Source of the DNA: a virus
Virus record (IMG/VR): IMGVR_UViG_3300029581_000014
Strand: one strand, 5' to 3'
DNA length: 59,677 bases
The first letter of the stretch is position 1. The number at the start of each line of letters is the position of its first letter. Position numbers and translations under genes: made by a program. Below the pieces are notes generated by a model, which was given only the letters and a program-made list of their open reading frames with translations, was not told where the DNA came from and did no database searches. Shown one piece after another: positions 59,295 through 59,677 of the stretch.

Positions 59295-59330
59295 CATCAA
59301 AAAGAGCATGGTGTAAAAGCCATGCTCTTA
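59295..59330 (-). terminator. Terminator after the repressor gene (aagagcatgg/ccatgctctt + T-rich tail, minus strand)
   Basis: A 10-bp perfect stem 7 nt after the repressor stop. Confidence 0.65.
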
Positions 59331-59336
59331 ATCTCT

Positions 59337-59677
59337 TCATCTGATTCCCCAGTCACCGTCATTATTTACGAAACCAACCACATATCCTATCATGTCATCA
59401 ATTATGTGCTCCGGAAGTATACTGTTCGGAGACATGAGCGAAACATATCTCCATTTTCTAACGCCATATTCTATTATATGGGTTTTTACGGCAATTTGTA
59501 TCCCACCATTACTGGTCACAATACATCGTTCACCGTCTTGCGGTTCACGATCTGCGGAAAGGATAATAATTTCCCCAGGCAGATAAAACGGCATATAGTA
59601 GTCGCACGGAATTTTCATACCGATATAAGCCTTGGATTTTATATCTTCCGGCAAATTGTCTATGCACATGGGTTCCA
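59337..59677 (-). CDS. CI/LexA-like repressor, C-terminal S24 peptidase-like part (continues into 1..550 through the circular junction)
   Basis: Track ORF 59337..59669, in frame with the 1..550 segment. 'YYMPFYLPGEIIILSADREPQDGERCIVT' resembles the S24 autocleavage domain. Confidence 0.75.
   Translation of the reverse strand, partial: EPMCIDNLPEDIKSKAYIGMKIPCDYYMPFYLPGEIIILSADREPQDGERCIVTSNGGIQIAVKTHIIEYGVRKWRYVSLMSPNSILPEHIIDDMIGYVVGFVNNDGDWGIR
59579..59677. repeat. 99-bp exact terminal direct repeat, copy 2
   Basis: Identical to bases 1-99. Confidence 0.95.

Overview
The window is a complete temperate siphovirus-type phage genome of about 59.58 kb. Bases 1-99 are identical to 59579-59677, so the contig closes on itself, and the CI-like repressor gene is split across the junction. 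The host is probably a low-GC, likely spore-forming Firmicute. Standard genetic code 11 fits throughout.

Layout:
- 0-1.4 kb: lysogeny switch. It has a CI/LexA-like repressor, a second XRE regulator, back-to-back promoters and a Cheo/LexA-type box.
- 1.4-17.6 kb, plus strand: early genes. These include an antirepressor, a transglycosylase, a stand-alone Spo0A DNA-binding domain, a Rad50-like ATPase, RecT-like and MBL-fold proteins, GIY-YIG, a replication organizer and YopX.
- 17.8-19.5 kb: a split C5 methyltransferase with an (AGAGC)9 tract and a G9 tract.
- 19.7-21.6 kb: a small-gene cluster with a conserved junction motif.
- 21.6-23.0 kb: tyrosine integrase and attP.
- 23.1-27.9 kb: a block of compositionally odd proteins.
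- 28.1-33.3 kb, minus strand: an accessory block with an ORF6N protein, RHH modules, Rha and a lipoprotein.
- 33.4-34.7 kb: RHH genes with iteron arrays.
- 35.3-59.3 kb: packaging, head, tail and lysis genes, with a tRNA island between terS and terL.

Most notable observations:
- A paralogous promoter-leader RNA-terminator module with compensatory base changes sits in front of both the late operon and the Rha operon.
- The late operon contains many internal terminators.
- The methyltransferase looks capable of switching reading frame.
- A candidate invertible tail-fibre C-terminal cassette lies at the right end.

All family assignments come from reading the translations and were not checked by database search.
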